A program made the position numbers and the translations under genes. A stretch of DNA of 64,000 nt, from NCBI GenBank assembly GCA_964452905.1, contig CAYVNP010000001.1, positions 93,066 through 157,065 of the forward strand, in the 5' to 3' direction. Below, one piece after another: positions 8,175 to 17,836 of the stretch (within the stretch, counting starts at the first letter, position 1; each line of letters begins with the position of its first letter). The stretch is from an uncultured Bacteroidales bacterium (GTDB taxonomy: Bacteria > Bacteroidota > Bacteroidia > Bacteroidales > CAYVNP01). The notes under the pieces were generated by a model. The model saw only the letters and a list, made by a program, of their open reading frames with translations. It did not search any database and was not told the DNA's origin.

Positions 8175-10637
8175 TCAACGGATCACCGCTCCAAGCTTCT
8201 CTTTGAAATTCTTCATCAGTTTTTCCATGATCTTGTCAATCTCCTGATCGGTGAGGGTTTTTTCCTTGTTCTGAAAAATAAAACTGACAGCATACGATTT
8301 TTTCCCGGCTTCAATTTTTTCTCCTTCATATATGTCAAAAAGATTTACTTCCTTCAACAGTTTTCTTTCCGACTGATAAGCGAGCATTTCAATATTATTG
8401 AATGTGATCTCAGTTGATATCAGCATGGCAAGGTCACGGCGTACTTCAGGGAATTTGGGCACTTCAACGTATGTAGTCGAATTATTTTTAACTTGTGCGC
8501 ATAGTTTATCCCAATTGAAATCAGCATAAAAAACATCCTGTTTGATATCCATTAATTTTAATACAGGTTTACTGATCCTACCAAATTCAACCAGCGTATG
8601 ATTTTTTATCTTTCCTATTAGTCCTTCCGAAAATATAGAATCAGCAGAAACAGCAATAGGTTCAAATGTGCAGGTAATATTTAATTTCTTCAGTATTTTG
8701 CCGACAAAATAGTTAAGCAAATAAAAATCCGTTTTCTGATCATTGGTTTGCCAGTTCTCTTTTTCTTTTCTCCCGGTAATGAAAACAGCCAAATGATTTT
8801 CTTCCGAATATTTTTTCAATGCTTCCTGAGTGGAATCAAAACGATATATCTTTCCGAATTCATAAAATTTAATATCCGGATTTTTACGGTTCTGATTATA
8901 CGCCAAAGACTCCAACCCGCTAAGGAGTAAAGTTTGACGCATGATGTTCAAGTCACTGCTCAACGGATTTAAGATGTTTACATTTTTTTCTTTTCTGAAA
9001 AACGGAACTTTATCTGAATATTCTGATCTGGTGAGCGAATTGGTCATGAACTCGTAAAATCCATTGTTGCTAAGCAGTTCAGCAATAAGATTCTGAACTT
9101 TTTCTTTATCCGGTTTTATCTGATAGGTTAACGATGACCTCAGCGTTCCATCCATCTCTATTGAATTATATCCATATATTCTCAATATTTCTTCAATCAC
9201 ATCCGCTTCGCGGGTCACATCCGTTTTAAAAGTAGGTACAGAAATCTGCAACCCGTTTTCGTTTTCTGAAATAATATCTATTTCAAGTGAAATAAGTATT
9301 TGTTTGATGGTCAGGTGGTCAATGGATACACCAATCAATCGATCAATATGGTTATATTTAATTTCAATTTTTTTTGGTTCAATCTTTTCCGGATAGATAT
9401 CAACCAGTTCCGAAGAGATGGTGCCGCCTGCAATTTCTTTGATGAGCATGGCAGCTCTTTTCAGCACAAAGTCCGGCTGATTAGGATCCGTGCCGCGTTC
9501 GAAACGGAACGAAGCATCCGTGTGCAGTCTGTGATGTTTGGCTGTACGACGGATGGACACAGGTGAAAAGCAGGCGCTTTCAAGAAAAATTGTTTTTGTT
9601 TTTTCCGTTACACCTGAATGAATGCCTCCAAACACACCGCCGATACACATGTTCTCTTCTGTATTGCAGATCATCAGGTCATCGCCGGTGAGCTCACGTT
9701 CAATGCCATCCAGCGTTATAATTTTATTTCCTTTTGCCGGTTTCTTAATAATTACCTTATTCCCTTTGATTTCATCAGCATCAAAGGCATGCAGAGGTTG
9801 TCCGGTTTCATGCAGTAAATAATTTGTAATATCCACAATGTTATTAATCGGTCGGGACCCAATGGCATTCAGCCGATTCTTAAGCCATTCGGGTGATTCT
9901 TTCACGTCAATACCCGAAATGGTTATTCCGCAATACCTTGGACAGGCAGCAGTATCTTCAATGATTACATCAATGGGGCGTGACTGATTGTCAATTTTAA
10001 ATTCATCAATGGAAGGTTTTTTGAATATTATTTTTTTGCAATCGAGGTTCAATGATTTACTTTGTTTGATGGCTGCATGCAGGTCGCGTGCAACACCGAG
10101 ATGCGACATGGCATCCGAACGGTTGGGCGTCAATCCTATAGTAAAAACCACATCCTCTTCCACATGAAAATAATCTTTTGCAAGCGTACCAACCGGTACG
10201 GACGGATCAAGCACCATGATCCCTTCGTGTGAATGACCTAAATTTAATTCATCCTCGGCACATATCATCCCTTCTGACTCAATGCCGCGTATCTTGGATC
10301 GTTTTATTTCAAAATTTCCTTTTTCGGAATAAATGATCGTTCCTAACGTAGCTACAGCTACCTTCTGCCCTTGCTCCACGTTCGGCGCACCGCACACAAT
10401 ATTCAACAGCTTTTCAGCGCCTACATCCACAGTGGTAACACTCAGTTTATCCGCATCCGGATGTTTGACTTTTGTTTTCACTTCACCGATCACAACACCT
10501 TTCAATCCGCCTTGAACAAATTGAAATTCTTCAATCTCTTCTACTTCCAGTCCGCAATCGGTAAGTAATTCAGCAACAATAGCCGGTTCCAGCGAAATAT
10601 TGATATATTGTTTCAGCCAATTATATGAAATTTTCAT
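8175..10637 (-). CDS. pheT: Phenylalanine--tRNA ligase beta subunit
   Basis: 820 aa. It has the N-terminus MKISYNWLKQYI, a tRNA-binding domain, B3/4 and B5 domains, and full-length collinearity with PheT. Confidence 0.97.
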   Translation of the reverse strand: MKISYNWLKQYINISLEPAIVAELLTDCGLEVEEIEEFQFVQGGLKGVVIGEVKTKVKHPDADKLSVTTVDVGAEKLLNIVCGAPNVEQGQKVAVATLGTIIYSEKGNFEIKRSKIRGIESEGMICAEDELNLGHSHEGIMVLDPSVPVGTLAKDYFHVEEDVVFTIGLTPNRSDAMSHLGVARDLHAAIKQSKSLNLDCKKIIFKKPSIDEFKIDNQSRPIDVIIEDTAACPRYCGITISGIDVKESPEWLKNRLNAIGSRPINNIVDITNYLLHETGQPLHAFDADEIKGNKVIIKKPAKGNKIITLDGIERELTGDDLMICNTEENMCIGGVFGGIHSGVTEKTKTIFLESACFSPVSIRRTAKHHRLHTDASFRFERGTDPNQPDFVLKRAAMLIKEIAGGTISSELVDIYPEKIEPKKIEIKYNHIDRLIGVSIDHLTIKQILISLEIDIISENENGLQISVPTFKTDVTREADVIEEILRIYGYNSIEMDGTLRSSLTYQIKPDKEKVQNLIAELLSNNGFYEFMTNSLTRSEYSDKVPFFRKEKNVNILNPLSSDLNIMRQTLLLSGLESLAYNQNRKNPDIKFYEFGKIYRFDSTQEALKKYSEENHLAVFITGRKEKENWQTNDQKTDFYLLNYFVGKILKKLNITCTFEPIAVSADSIFSEGLIGKIKNHTLVEFGRISKPVLKLMDIKQDVFYADFNWDKLCAQVKNNSTTYVEVPKFPEVRRDLAMLISTEITFNNIEMLAYQSERKLLKEVNLFDIYEGEKIEAGKKSYAVSFIFQNKEKTLTDQEIDKIMEKLMKNFKEKLGAVIR

Positions 10638-10899
10638 GAATGTTCGTGTTAAATTACAGGAAGCAAAAATAATGAAATTGTTTGCTAATCACAATTGGAA
10701 CAGAAGAAAGGTTTTATATTTTATCGGATAATCTACTTGTAAGTACTGATTTAATGACAAATGACGAATGACAAATGTCGAAAGGTTTATACTTAATATT
10801 TAAAAAGATTGCAAGTTTAATATTTTGGTTTAGCATTAAAATATTAAAAGAATGGTGTTGCTTGCAATGTAACCAACATGCATCATTCCTTTAAAAAAA

Positions 10900-11268
10900 T
10901 TATCTTGTCAAGTGATAATCCTTGATCAAAAGTTCAGGAGAGAGATTTAATTTTAAAGTAAGGTTACGTATCATTCCAATCGTTAATTTACGTTTACGAT
11001 TTAATATTTCCGAAACTCGACTTTTACCTCCAATTTCATTTACTAAATCGAGTTGTTTCAGATGCAATTCTTCCATACGAATTTTAATAGCTTCGATAGG
11101 ATCAGGTGCTTCAATTGGATAATGTTTTTTTTCATATTCATCAATAAGAAGTCCTAACACATCAGCTTCGTCACTTTCTGGTGTACCTCGTTTAGCATCA
11201 AATATGACGTCAAATCTTTTTAATGCCTTTTTGTAATCAATTTCCGTTTTTATTGGTTTTATATTCAT
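10900..11268 (-). CDS. higA: HigA-family antitoxin (HTH/XRE DNA-binding protein)
   Basis: 122 aa. The C-terminal HTH region is LKQLDLVNEIGGKSRVSEILNRKRKLTIGMIRNL. It lies 10 nt downstream of the HigB-like gene on the same strand. Confidence 0.8.
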   Translation of the reverse strand: MNIKPIKTEIDYKKALKRFDVIFDAKRGTPESDEADVLGLLIDEYEKKHYPIEAPDPIEAIKIRMEELHLKQLDLVNEIGGKSRVSEILNRKRKLTIGMIRNLTLKLNLSPELLIKDYHLTR

Positions 11269-11278
11269 CGTTTATATT

Positions 11279-11575
11279 TTATATTTTATTAGCATCTATC
11301 TTATCATACTCCTGATGAGTTCCTACAAAGCGTATAAATATCCATTGTTTTTCAAAATTAAATTTTGCAACAAGTCGATAAGAGTTTCCTTTAATATTAA
11401 ATACAATTCTACTATCCTTTAATATACTGGCATTTGCATAAGTCTTTTTAATTTCACCTGGATTTTTCCAGTCCGAACTCATTGCTGTATCATACCATGT
11501 CTTCAAATATTGCTCACAATCTGGATGCTTTTTCCAGTAATCTCTTAGAGTACTTTTTGCAAATATTCTCTCCAC
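11279..11575 (-). CDS. higB: HigB-family type II toxin (mRNA interferase)
   Basis: 98 aa with the layout ...STLRDYWKKHPD...WKNPGEIKKTYANASIL...RIVFNIKGNSYRLV...FVGTHQEYDKI typical of HigB. The start codon is GTG (plus-strand cac at 11573-11575). Confidence 0.8.
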   Translation of the reverse strand: MERIFAKSTLRDYWKKHPDCEQYLKTWYDTAMSSDWKNPGEIKKTYANASILKDSRIVFNIKGNSYRLVAKFNFEKQWIFIRFVGTHQEYDKIDANKI

Positions 11576-11590
11576 ACATATTATTTTTTA

Positions 11591-11598
11591 CAAAGATA
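11591..11598 (-). promoter_or_regulatory. Candidate Bacteroidota -7 promoter box (TATCTTTG) for higBA
   Basis: The reverse complement of caaagata matches TAnnTTTG and lies 15 nt upstream of the higB start. Confidence 0.35.
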
Positions 11599-11639
11599 AT
11601 ACATAATTCTCATTTTGGGAACTTTTGTAGATATTTTTT

Positions 11640-11985
11640 TTGAGGATTATCTTTTTTTGGTATGGTTGGTAACTATTTGCTGATGCGCGTCTTTGACGCG
11701 TGACCATTCTCCTGCTCGTTTTGCAATCCGAGTAAACGAAGTTAATCCCCAACAGTATTGGGGAAGTCTTGGTTCGCGCGCGACTTCTTGTCGCGAGTGA
11801 ATATTAAATAAATGTACGCGAGAGGAACTCGCGCACCAACCCTGGTATTTGCAATCAATTATAACAGCTAACTATCCATGGTGTTTTTTTAACATGAATA
11901 TTAAATAAATATGCTTTTTTTAAAAACAGGCACTCGGATTACAAATCCGAGCAAGCGAGGTCTTCTTGTAGGGGCTGATTTAATT
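11640..11985. repeat. Cluster of GC-rich hairpins and short direct repeats (REP-like intergenic element array)
   Basis: Perfect short hairpins lie at 11686-11700 (cgcgtc/gacgcg), 11746-11764 (tcccca/tgggga), 11779-11795 (cgcgac/gtcgcg), 11817-11833 (cgcgag/ctcgcg) and 11933-11951 (ctcggat/atccgag). A 16-nt direct repeat tgaatattaaataaat occurs at 11798-11813 and 11895-11910. The motif caa(a)tccgag occurs at 11723 and 11942. Confidence 0.6.
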
Positions 11986-12073
11986 ACGAATGGTTTTTAT
12001 ACGAAAAGATTGCATTGTTCATTATAGTAAATGCAAGGTCAATGTCACATTTTTATTCCATTTCACTAAAATA

Positions 12074-13465
12074 TTAATTCAATTTATAGGCCACTTTTAA
12101 TTCTAATGAGTAAGGCACAAAACCAGAACCATTCTGATTCATATTAAATAATTCATTCTTATCCAAAGAACCGTATGGTAAAAACAGTAAAGAAGCATTA
12201 ACGCCTAGTTCCCATTTATGTTTTTTGTCAGGGTCAAATTTAATCGCTAATATAAAACCTAAGTTATAACGATGATAATGATTTGGCAGAATCGTTTTAG
12301 AACTTCTATTATTAATAAATGTTTTTCCACACCAATTATTCTGCCATAAGTGCAATACCCCAATCATACCCCCTTCTATCGCAAAACAATTATAAAAAGT
12401 TTTATCAACTGTCAATGGAATTCGGAGAACTTCTTCTTTACTGTAAAAATTAAAATGCTTACCATTTGAAGAATTAATATCTTTTTTTGTTGTATCAATG
12501 GTATGGTTGTAGGATATTAATTCAATTCCTGTTTTCAAACTAAATGATTTATAAAAAGGATATGAATAATAAACACCTCCGCCAATATTTGATATTAATT
12601 GAACAGGGGATTGAAAATGAAATAAAGATTGATAATTAAATAATACCCCTATCCTGAAACTTTGTTTTTTAATTTTAGCTGAATCAATCGAATCCGTTTT
12701 GTAGGGAGAGGATAAAATTATTTTACCCATGAATAATGTATCAAATGAATTTATTCTTGAAAATCTAGGATGCAAAAATTCCAAAAGATCGAAAGTAGGT
12801 TTAAAATTATTAATCATATTTAAATTCTCAGAATATAATGTAGGGTGAAATTTTAATTGCTGGTTCATTTTTTGAACATCTGATTGCGCTTCATCTATCG
12901 ATTTTATTTTGTTCACAAGTGATTCAATGGGTTCCTCCTGTTTATACTTTTCTGATGTTAGATTGTTTTTAGAATATCCCTGATTTTTGACTTCATCCTT
13001 TTGATGCTTAAGTTTATTAACCTTGGTGAAAGTTTTTCCATAAGAATTTATTTTTACTATATTTTTATTATGTTGTTCCGATTCCATAATTTTCTGTTTT
13101 CTGTTATTGGAATTTGAAATTTTTTGTTTTTTCTCATTTTTAAATAATGAAACAGAAACAGAGGAATTGGTTTTCTTACCTGATATTATATTTATTTTTT
13201 TCTGATCCTGTAAAGCATTTTTTCTGATTCGTTCAGAATCTAAGTAAATTACTAAAACAGAAATAAGACCCAATGTTGAAAGCACAAAAAATATTTTTAA
13301 AAAGTTAACCATTTTGATAATAGACCATGGATGAAATATTGGTTTTGAGGCAAGAGTAGATTTAGCCCCCGATTCAACCAGTAAACGAATATCATTTAAA
13401 GAAATGTCAGATTCTTCGTTTCTGGCTTGCTCAAATAATTCCGAAATTTTTTTGTTGGGTTTCAT
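12074..13465 (-). CDS. Membrane protein downstream of the ECF sigma gene (candidate anti-sigma) with a C-terminal beta-barrel-like domain
   Basis: 463 aa: a short cytoplasmic N-terminus, one TM helix (FLKIFFVLSTLGLISVLVIYL), a K/N/Q/S-rich linker, and about 230 aa of alternating beta-strand pattern ending YSLELKVAYKLN. It starts 15 nt after the sigma gene stop. Confidence 0.5.
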   Translation of the reverse strand: MKPNKKISELFEQARNEESDISLNDIRLLVESGAKSTLASKPIFHPWSIIKMVNFLKIFFVLSTLGLISVLVIYLDSERIRKNALQDQKKINIISGKKTNSSVSVSLFKNEKKQKISNSNNRKQKIMESEQHNKNIVKINSYGKTFTKVNKLKHQKDEVKNQGYSKNNLTSEKYKQEEPIESLVNKIKSIDEAQSDVQKMNQQLKFHPTLYSENLNMINNFKPTFDLLEFLHPRFSRINSFDTLFMGKIILSSPYKTDSIDSAKIKKQSFRIGVLFNYQSLFHFQSPVQLISNIGGGVYYSYPFYKSFSLKTGIELISYNHTIDTTKKDINSSNGKHFNFYSKEEVLRIPLTVDKTFYNCFAIEGGMIGVLHLWQNNWCGKTFINNRSSKTILPNHYHRYNLGFILAIKFDPDKKHKWELGVNASLLFLPYGSLDKNELFNMNQNGSGFVPYSLELKVAYKLN

Positions 13466-13479
13466 TTATTTATCATGGA

Positions 13480-14046
13480 TTATATGAGAGTTAAAAGATT
13501 ATTTTTTGCGGGCACTGATTGAGCATTATTTATTTGAACTTCATATTCATTTGGGTCCAACAGAAGTCGAAGTTGTTCACGTGCTCTTTTAATTCTTGAC
13601 TTGACCCCCGAAAGAGTACCACCCTGTAACTGGCGTATCTCTTCAAGAGAAAACCCTGAAATTTCAAATAATACTATTGCTTCTCGCTGCTTGGAAGGTA
13701 ACTGGTTCAGCATCCTGTATAATATTTCCACATCATAACTTATTTCCGGAGAGTGTTCATGGTTTGTCAACTTTTCAGCATCCTTTTCGTTGAACTTTCC
13801 TATAAATTTACTTCTGCGAAAATAATGTAACTGCAACCTTCTTGCTACACCAAACAAATATGCTTTAAACGATTCAACCTTCCGAAGCTTTTCTAAATTT
13901 TCATAGACGATTAAAACAGTTTCACTTGCTAAATCTTGAGCATCGTCACGATTACCGGTCAGTCCACGACAATAACCTATAAATCCACTGTGACATGGAG
14001 TGTACAGTTCCATGAATCCTTCCTGTTTGTTTGTATTTAAATTCAA
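13480..14046 (-). CDS. RNA polymerase ECF-type sigma-70 family factor
   Basis: 188 aa. Region 2 is DAQDLASETVLIVYENL...FKAYLFGVARRL. Region 4 is LPSKQREAIVLFEISGFSLEEI...LSGVKSRIKRAREQL. Confidence 0.9.
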   Translation of the reverse strand: MNLNTNKQEGFMELYTPCHSGFIGYCRGLTGNRDDAQDLASETVLIVYENLEKLRKVESFKAYLFGVARRLQLHYFRRSKFIGKFNEKDAEKLTNHEHSPEISYDVEILYRMLNQLPSKQREAIVLFEISGFSLEEIRQLQGGTLSGVKSRIKRAREQLRLLLDPNEYEVQINNAQSVPAKNNLLTLI

Positions 14047-14174
14047 CAGATACTTAAATTTTAAATAAGAACCATTAAATAATAGATTCTATCATTCAAT
14101 TCTAATTTTATACCATTCAATATTTAATTAAAAATCATTATACAATAAATGGTATAAAATACAAACTTATTAAA

Positions 14175-15704
14175 TTATTGTATAATGATTTTTTGAATTA
14201 AAGTTTTATTATCCAAAAGAAAATTCATAAAATAAATTCCTTTCTCTAAACCTACAACATGAATTTTATTTTCCCCTGAAGAAATTTTCCAGTTACCTTT
14301 TTTTTCACCAAGTACATTAAATAATATTAATTCTCCTTGAGAAGAAGATTTGATATTAATATAATCATATGTCGGATTTGGATATATATTTAGTTCGGTT
14401 TTATTAATTCTTTCATCAGCATTTAATAAATCTGATTTGATGCAACTAAATTCTAAAACGCCTGGAATGCCTGTAAAAACAGCATTCGCAAAAGGAGACG
14501 TATTATTACTAACATCTCGCTGTGTTGTCGTAATATATCCGTTAAATGACCCATTTATAGTCCAGTTGCCTGCATCATCTGCAGTAACAGCTCCCAGATA
14601 ATCTGTCCCTTGTCCCGGTATTTCTGTTGTATCATGAATAAAACTATAACAAAGTTCCGTGTTTGAATTAAGATTATAATTTGTAAATTGATCTTTATAA
14701 ACCTCAATAATAGCATTAGGAACAGAGGTTCCTGTAATGCTTGATTTCGTTGCAGCAATAATTATGGGAGGAAATATGTCTGTGTTTGCCCCCTCATAAC
14801 AACCTATTGCTCCAGTTTTATTACAACTAAAAATATTTCCACTGATTAAATTGTTAATTGCACTGATTCCACCACTCCCGATTATTTCAACACCAACATG
14901 TTCATTGCCGACAATAATATTTCCTTCACTTGATTTTGTTCCACCAATAATATTATCTCTTGAATCAATAATGGAAACCCCATTGTATCCATTACCCACA
15001 CAACCTTCTGTGAGCTGACCAATGAAATTTCCCTTTACTATATTAAAGTTACTACTATCTATTAATTCCAAACCCGTATAATTATTACATGAAATAATAT
15101 TATTCAAAATATAATTGTGATTTGAGAAAGAGATCATTTCTATTCCAACATATTCATTAGCTGCACAGCTCGTCCCTGTCGGATCAGTACCAATCTTATT
15201 TTCAACAATTTTTCCAAAACTGGATGAGTAAATTTCAATTCCGCAGTAATGACAGTTTCTTAACACATTTCCTTTTCCTGTTGCACCTATTTCAAAAAAA
15301 TTAGCTTTCCCAATTCCAATACCAGTATGAAAATTAATAATATCTAATCCATAGATTTTGCAATGGTTTGATAATATTACCAAACATGTTTCGTCATATC
15401 CTCTACCATCTAATTTGACTAATGGAATACCGTTATATCCTGATACAGTAGTAGCATCAATTGTTATTTCCTTTGTTAAAGAAGGAAGTGCAAGAGAATC
15501 GGAATTGATAATTATAGTGCCGGCAATACTAAAACGAATCGTATGAGGTCCATTTGTTAGATTTGCTTGAGATATACAATACAATAAAGTTCCGGTTGAA
15601 TCTGTTCCGGTATTTGTATTGCCCATTGAATTTACAATGAAATTTGTTGCTGAAATGGTAACATTGAATACAACAACTAATGAAATTAAAACTAATGTTT
15701 TCAT
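14175..15704 (-). CDS. Right-handed parallel beta-helix repeat protein with T9SS type A C-terminal sorting domain
   Basis: 509 aa with a signal peptide and repeated G-N-x-I/V-x-N-N rungs (NosD/CASH-like). The C-terminus is LNIYPNPTYDYINIKSS...GIYFMNFLLDNKTLIQKIIIQ. Confidence 0.85.
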   Translation of the reverse strand: MKTLVLISLVVVFNVTISATNFIVNSMGNTNTGTDSTGTLLYCISQANLTNGPHTIRFSIAGTIIINSDSLALPSLTKEITIDATTVSGYNGIPLVKLDGRGYDETCLVILSNHCKIYGLDIINFHTGIGIGKANFFEIGATGKGNVLRNCHYCGIEIYSSSFGKIVENKIGTDPTGTSCAANEYVGIEMISFSNHNYILNNIISCNNYTGLELIDSSNFNIVKGNFIGQLTEGCVGNGYNGVSIIDSRDNIIGGTKSSEGNIIVGNEHVGVEIIGSGGISAINNLISGNIFSCNKTGAIGCYEGANTDIFPPIIIAATKSSITGTSVPNAIIEVYKDQFTNYNLNSNTELCYSFIHDTTEIPGQGTDYLGAVTADDAGNWTINGSFNGYITTTQRDVSNNTSPFANAVFTGIPGVLEFSCIKSDLLNADERINKTELNIYPNPTYDYINIKSSSQGELILFNVLGEKKGNWKISSGENKIHVVGLEKGIYFMNFLLDNKTLIQKIIIQ

Positions 15705-16001
15705 AATCTTAAATTTTTTAATTAATTGAAATTTTATTTTTAATAATTTTTAAACCAATATGAAATAGAGTGTACATCTCTTGGTTCATATTTTGATATT
15801 AATACCCAAAAACAACTGTTGTTTTTAACATAGTGCCTTAAGTTTGAAAAAAGTTTCAAGTTGAAAGAATTTATATCAAAATTCAAATCTGATTTCAGCG
15901 AATCAGTTAAAAAGTAATTATGATTCTTCATAAATATTTTAAGCATCTCACCCTTTTATTCTTTTACTTTGTATCGCAAAAAAATTTCTGCGAAATAATA
16001 C

Positions 16002-17834
16002 ATGAAAAAATCATATTCCGAAAGGCGATATATTGTTAATCTGATCTTTATTTCTATCGGGATCATTTTTATTTTGCGTTTATTTTACATTCAGATCCTT
16101 GACGACAGCTACAAGATATCGGCACAAAACAATTCACGCCGTATCCTCACCATATACCCGGGAAGAGGTTTGATTTATGACCGTAAAGACAAGCTGCTAG
16201 TATTCAATGAAGCCACCTACGACCTGATGGTTATCCCTAAACAGATTAAACAAATTGACACCAACCAGTTTTGTTCCCTTATAAAAATTGATAAAGAAAC
16301 GTTTATCAAAAACATGAAAAAAGCCATTGCTGTCTCCCGTTACAAGTCGTCCATTTTTGAAAAGCAGATTTCAAAAGAATCCTATGGTTATCTTCAGGAG
16401 AACTTGTATAAGTTTCCCGGTTTTTATGTTCAGTCGCGTACACTGCGTAAGTACCCGATCCCGCTGGCAGCCCATTCGCTGGGTTATGTGGGTGAAGTGG
16501 ATCAATCCATGATTGATAAAAATAAATATTATTTACTCGGCGATTATATTGGTATCAGCGGGCTTGAGAAAGCATACGAAAATGAACTGCGTGGTAAAAA
16601 AGGAATGAAGATCATGATGGTAGATGTGCTGAACCGTGAAAAAGGAAGTTTTGCTAACGGAAAATATGATACCACTGCCGTGCTCGGAAAAAATCTGTAC
16701 ACCTCTATTGACAGGGATTTGCAGGAGTATGGCGAACAACTGATGCAGAATAAAAAAGGGAGTATCGTTGCCATTGAACCAGCTACCGGTGAGATCCTTG
16801 CGATTGTGTCGGCTCCTTCCTATGACCCTAACCTGTTGGTGGGTCGTTATCGTGCCGACAATTATATGGAACTGTTGCAAGATTCATTAAAACCATTATT
16901 CAACAGGGCATTGATGGCAATGTATCCGCCCGGCTCCACCTTTAAGCTGGCCAATGCACTCATCGGTCAACAAATGGGAGTGGTCTTTCCGAATACCACC
17001 TATACTTGTCAGAGGGGTTTTCATTTCGGCGGACTGACGGTTGAATGTCACGAACATATTCCTACCCTTGATCTCTTGGGATCCATCCAGAATTCATGCA
17101 ACAATTATTATTGCCGTGTATTCATGTCCATACTCAATAAATCGTCATTTAAAAATACCAATGAAGCGTATAACGTATGGCGGGATTATATTTTAAGTTT
17201 TGGCTTCGGCTCAAAATTCAACAGCGACCTGCCTTATGAAACCCGCGGCAATATTCCTTCCTCCACGTTTTATGATAAGTACCACGGTAAAAACAGATGG
17301 AATGCCATCAACATTATTTCCCTTGCGATCGGTCAGGGGGAGGTGCTTGCCACTCCACTGCAAATGGCTAACTTTGTGGCAATGATCGCCAACAAAGGAT
17401 ATTATTATACCCCTCACCTGGTGAAAGCCATTGGACATAAAAATAGTCCGAACAACAAAATCAAGATTGTTAAATATTCACCTGCCATTGACCGCAGATA
17501 TTTTGACTATGTGACCGAGGGAATGTATCAGGTGGTGGAAAATGGAACCGGAACTTCAGCACGGCTGGACAGTATAAAAATATGCGCTAAAACAGGTACA
17601 GCCCAGAATCCGCATGGGAAGTGCCATTCGGTATTTGTTGCCTTTGCACCCAAAGATGATCCCAAAATAGCTATTTCGGTGTTGGTGGAAAATGCCGGCT
17701 TCGGTAATACATGGGCAGCGCCTATCGCCAGTCTGATGATTGAAAAATATCTAAAAGGAAAAGTGAAGCGGAAGGAACTTGAAACAAAGATTTTGGAAGG
17801 AAATCTGATAGGAACCAAACCAAAAACCAATTAA
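16002..17834 (+). CDS. mrdA: Penicillin-binding protein 2 (elongasome transpeptidase)
   Basis: 610 aa with an N-terminal TM helix, the PBP dimerisation domain, and the transpeptidase motifs STFK, SCNNY (SxN) and KTGTA. Confidence 0.95.
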   Translation: MKKSYSERRYIVNLIFISIGIIFILRLFYIQILDDSYKISAQNNSRRILTIYPGRGLIYDRKDKLLVFNEATYDLMVIPKQIKQIDTNQFCSLIKIDKETFIKNMKKAIAVSRYKSSIFEKQISKESYGYLQENLYKFPGFYVQSRTLRKYPIPLAAHSLGYVGEVDQSMIDKNKYYLLGDYIGISGLEKAYENELRGKKGMKIMMVDVLNREKGSFANGKYDTTAVLGKNLYTSIDRDLQEYGEQLMQNKKGSIVAIEPATGEILAIVSAPSYDPNLLVGRYRADNYMELLQDSLKPLFNRALMAMYPPGSTFKLANALIGQQMGVVFPNTTYTCQRGFHFGGLTVECHEHIPTLDLLGSIQNSCNNYYCRVFMSILNKSSFKNTNEAYNVWRDYILSFGFGSKFNSDLPYETRGNIPSSTFYDKYHGKNRWNAINIISLAIGQGEVLATPLQMANFVAMIANKGYYYTPHLVKAIGHKNSPNNKIKIVKYSPAIDRRYFDYVTEGMYQVVENGTGTSARLDSIKICAKTGTAQNPHGKCHSVFVAFAPKDDPKIAISVLVENAGFGNTWAAPIASLMIEKYLKGKVKRKELETKILEGNLIGTKPKTN

Positions 17835-17836
17835 GG

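Noticed and set aside
10760-10795. Short tandem aatgac(a/g)a repeats (aatgacaaatgacgaatgacaaatg) upstream of pheT
   Set aside because: There are only three degenerate units in a promoter-region spacer. No evidence of function beyond simple-sequence slippage.
11971-11978. ggggctga (also at 45847-45854), resembling the conserved 5' end of tmRNA
   Set aside because: Neither site is followed by a ~350-nt structured region or a tRNA-like 3' end (no ...TCCACCA). An 8-mer is expected about twice by chance in 64 kb on two strands.
15740-15946. 68-aa minus-strand ORF between the beta-helix gene and mrdA
   Set aside because: It is AT-rich and low-complexity, with no signal or motif. It sits in the divergent promoter region.
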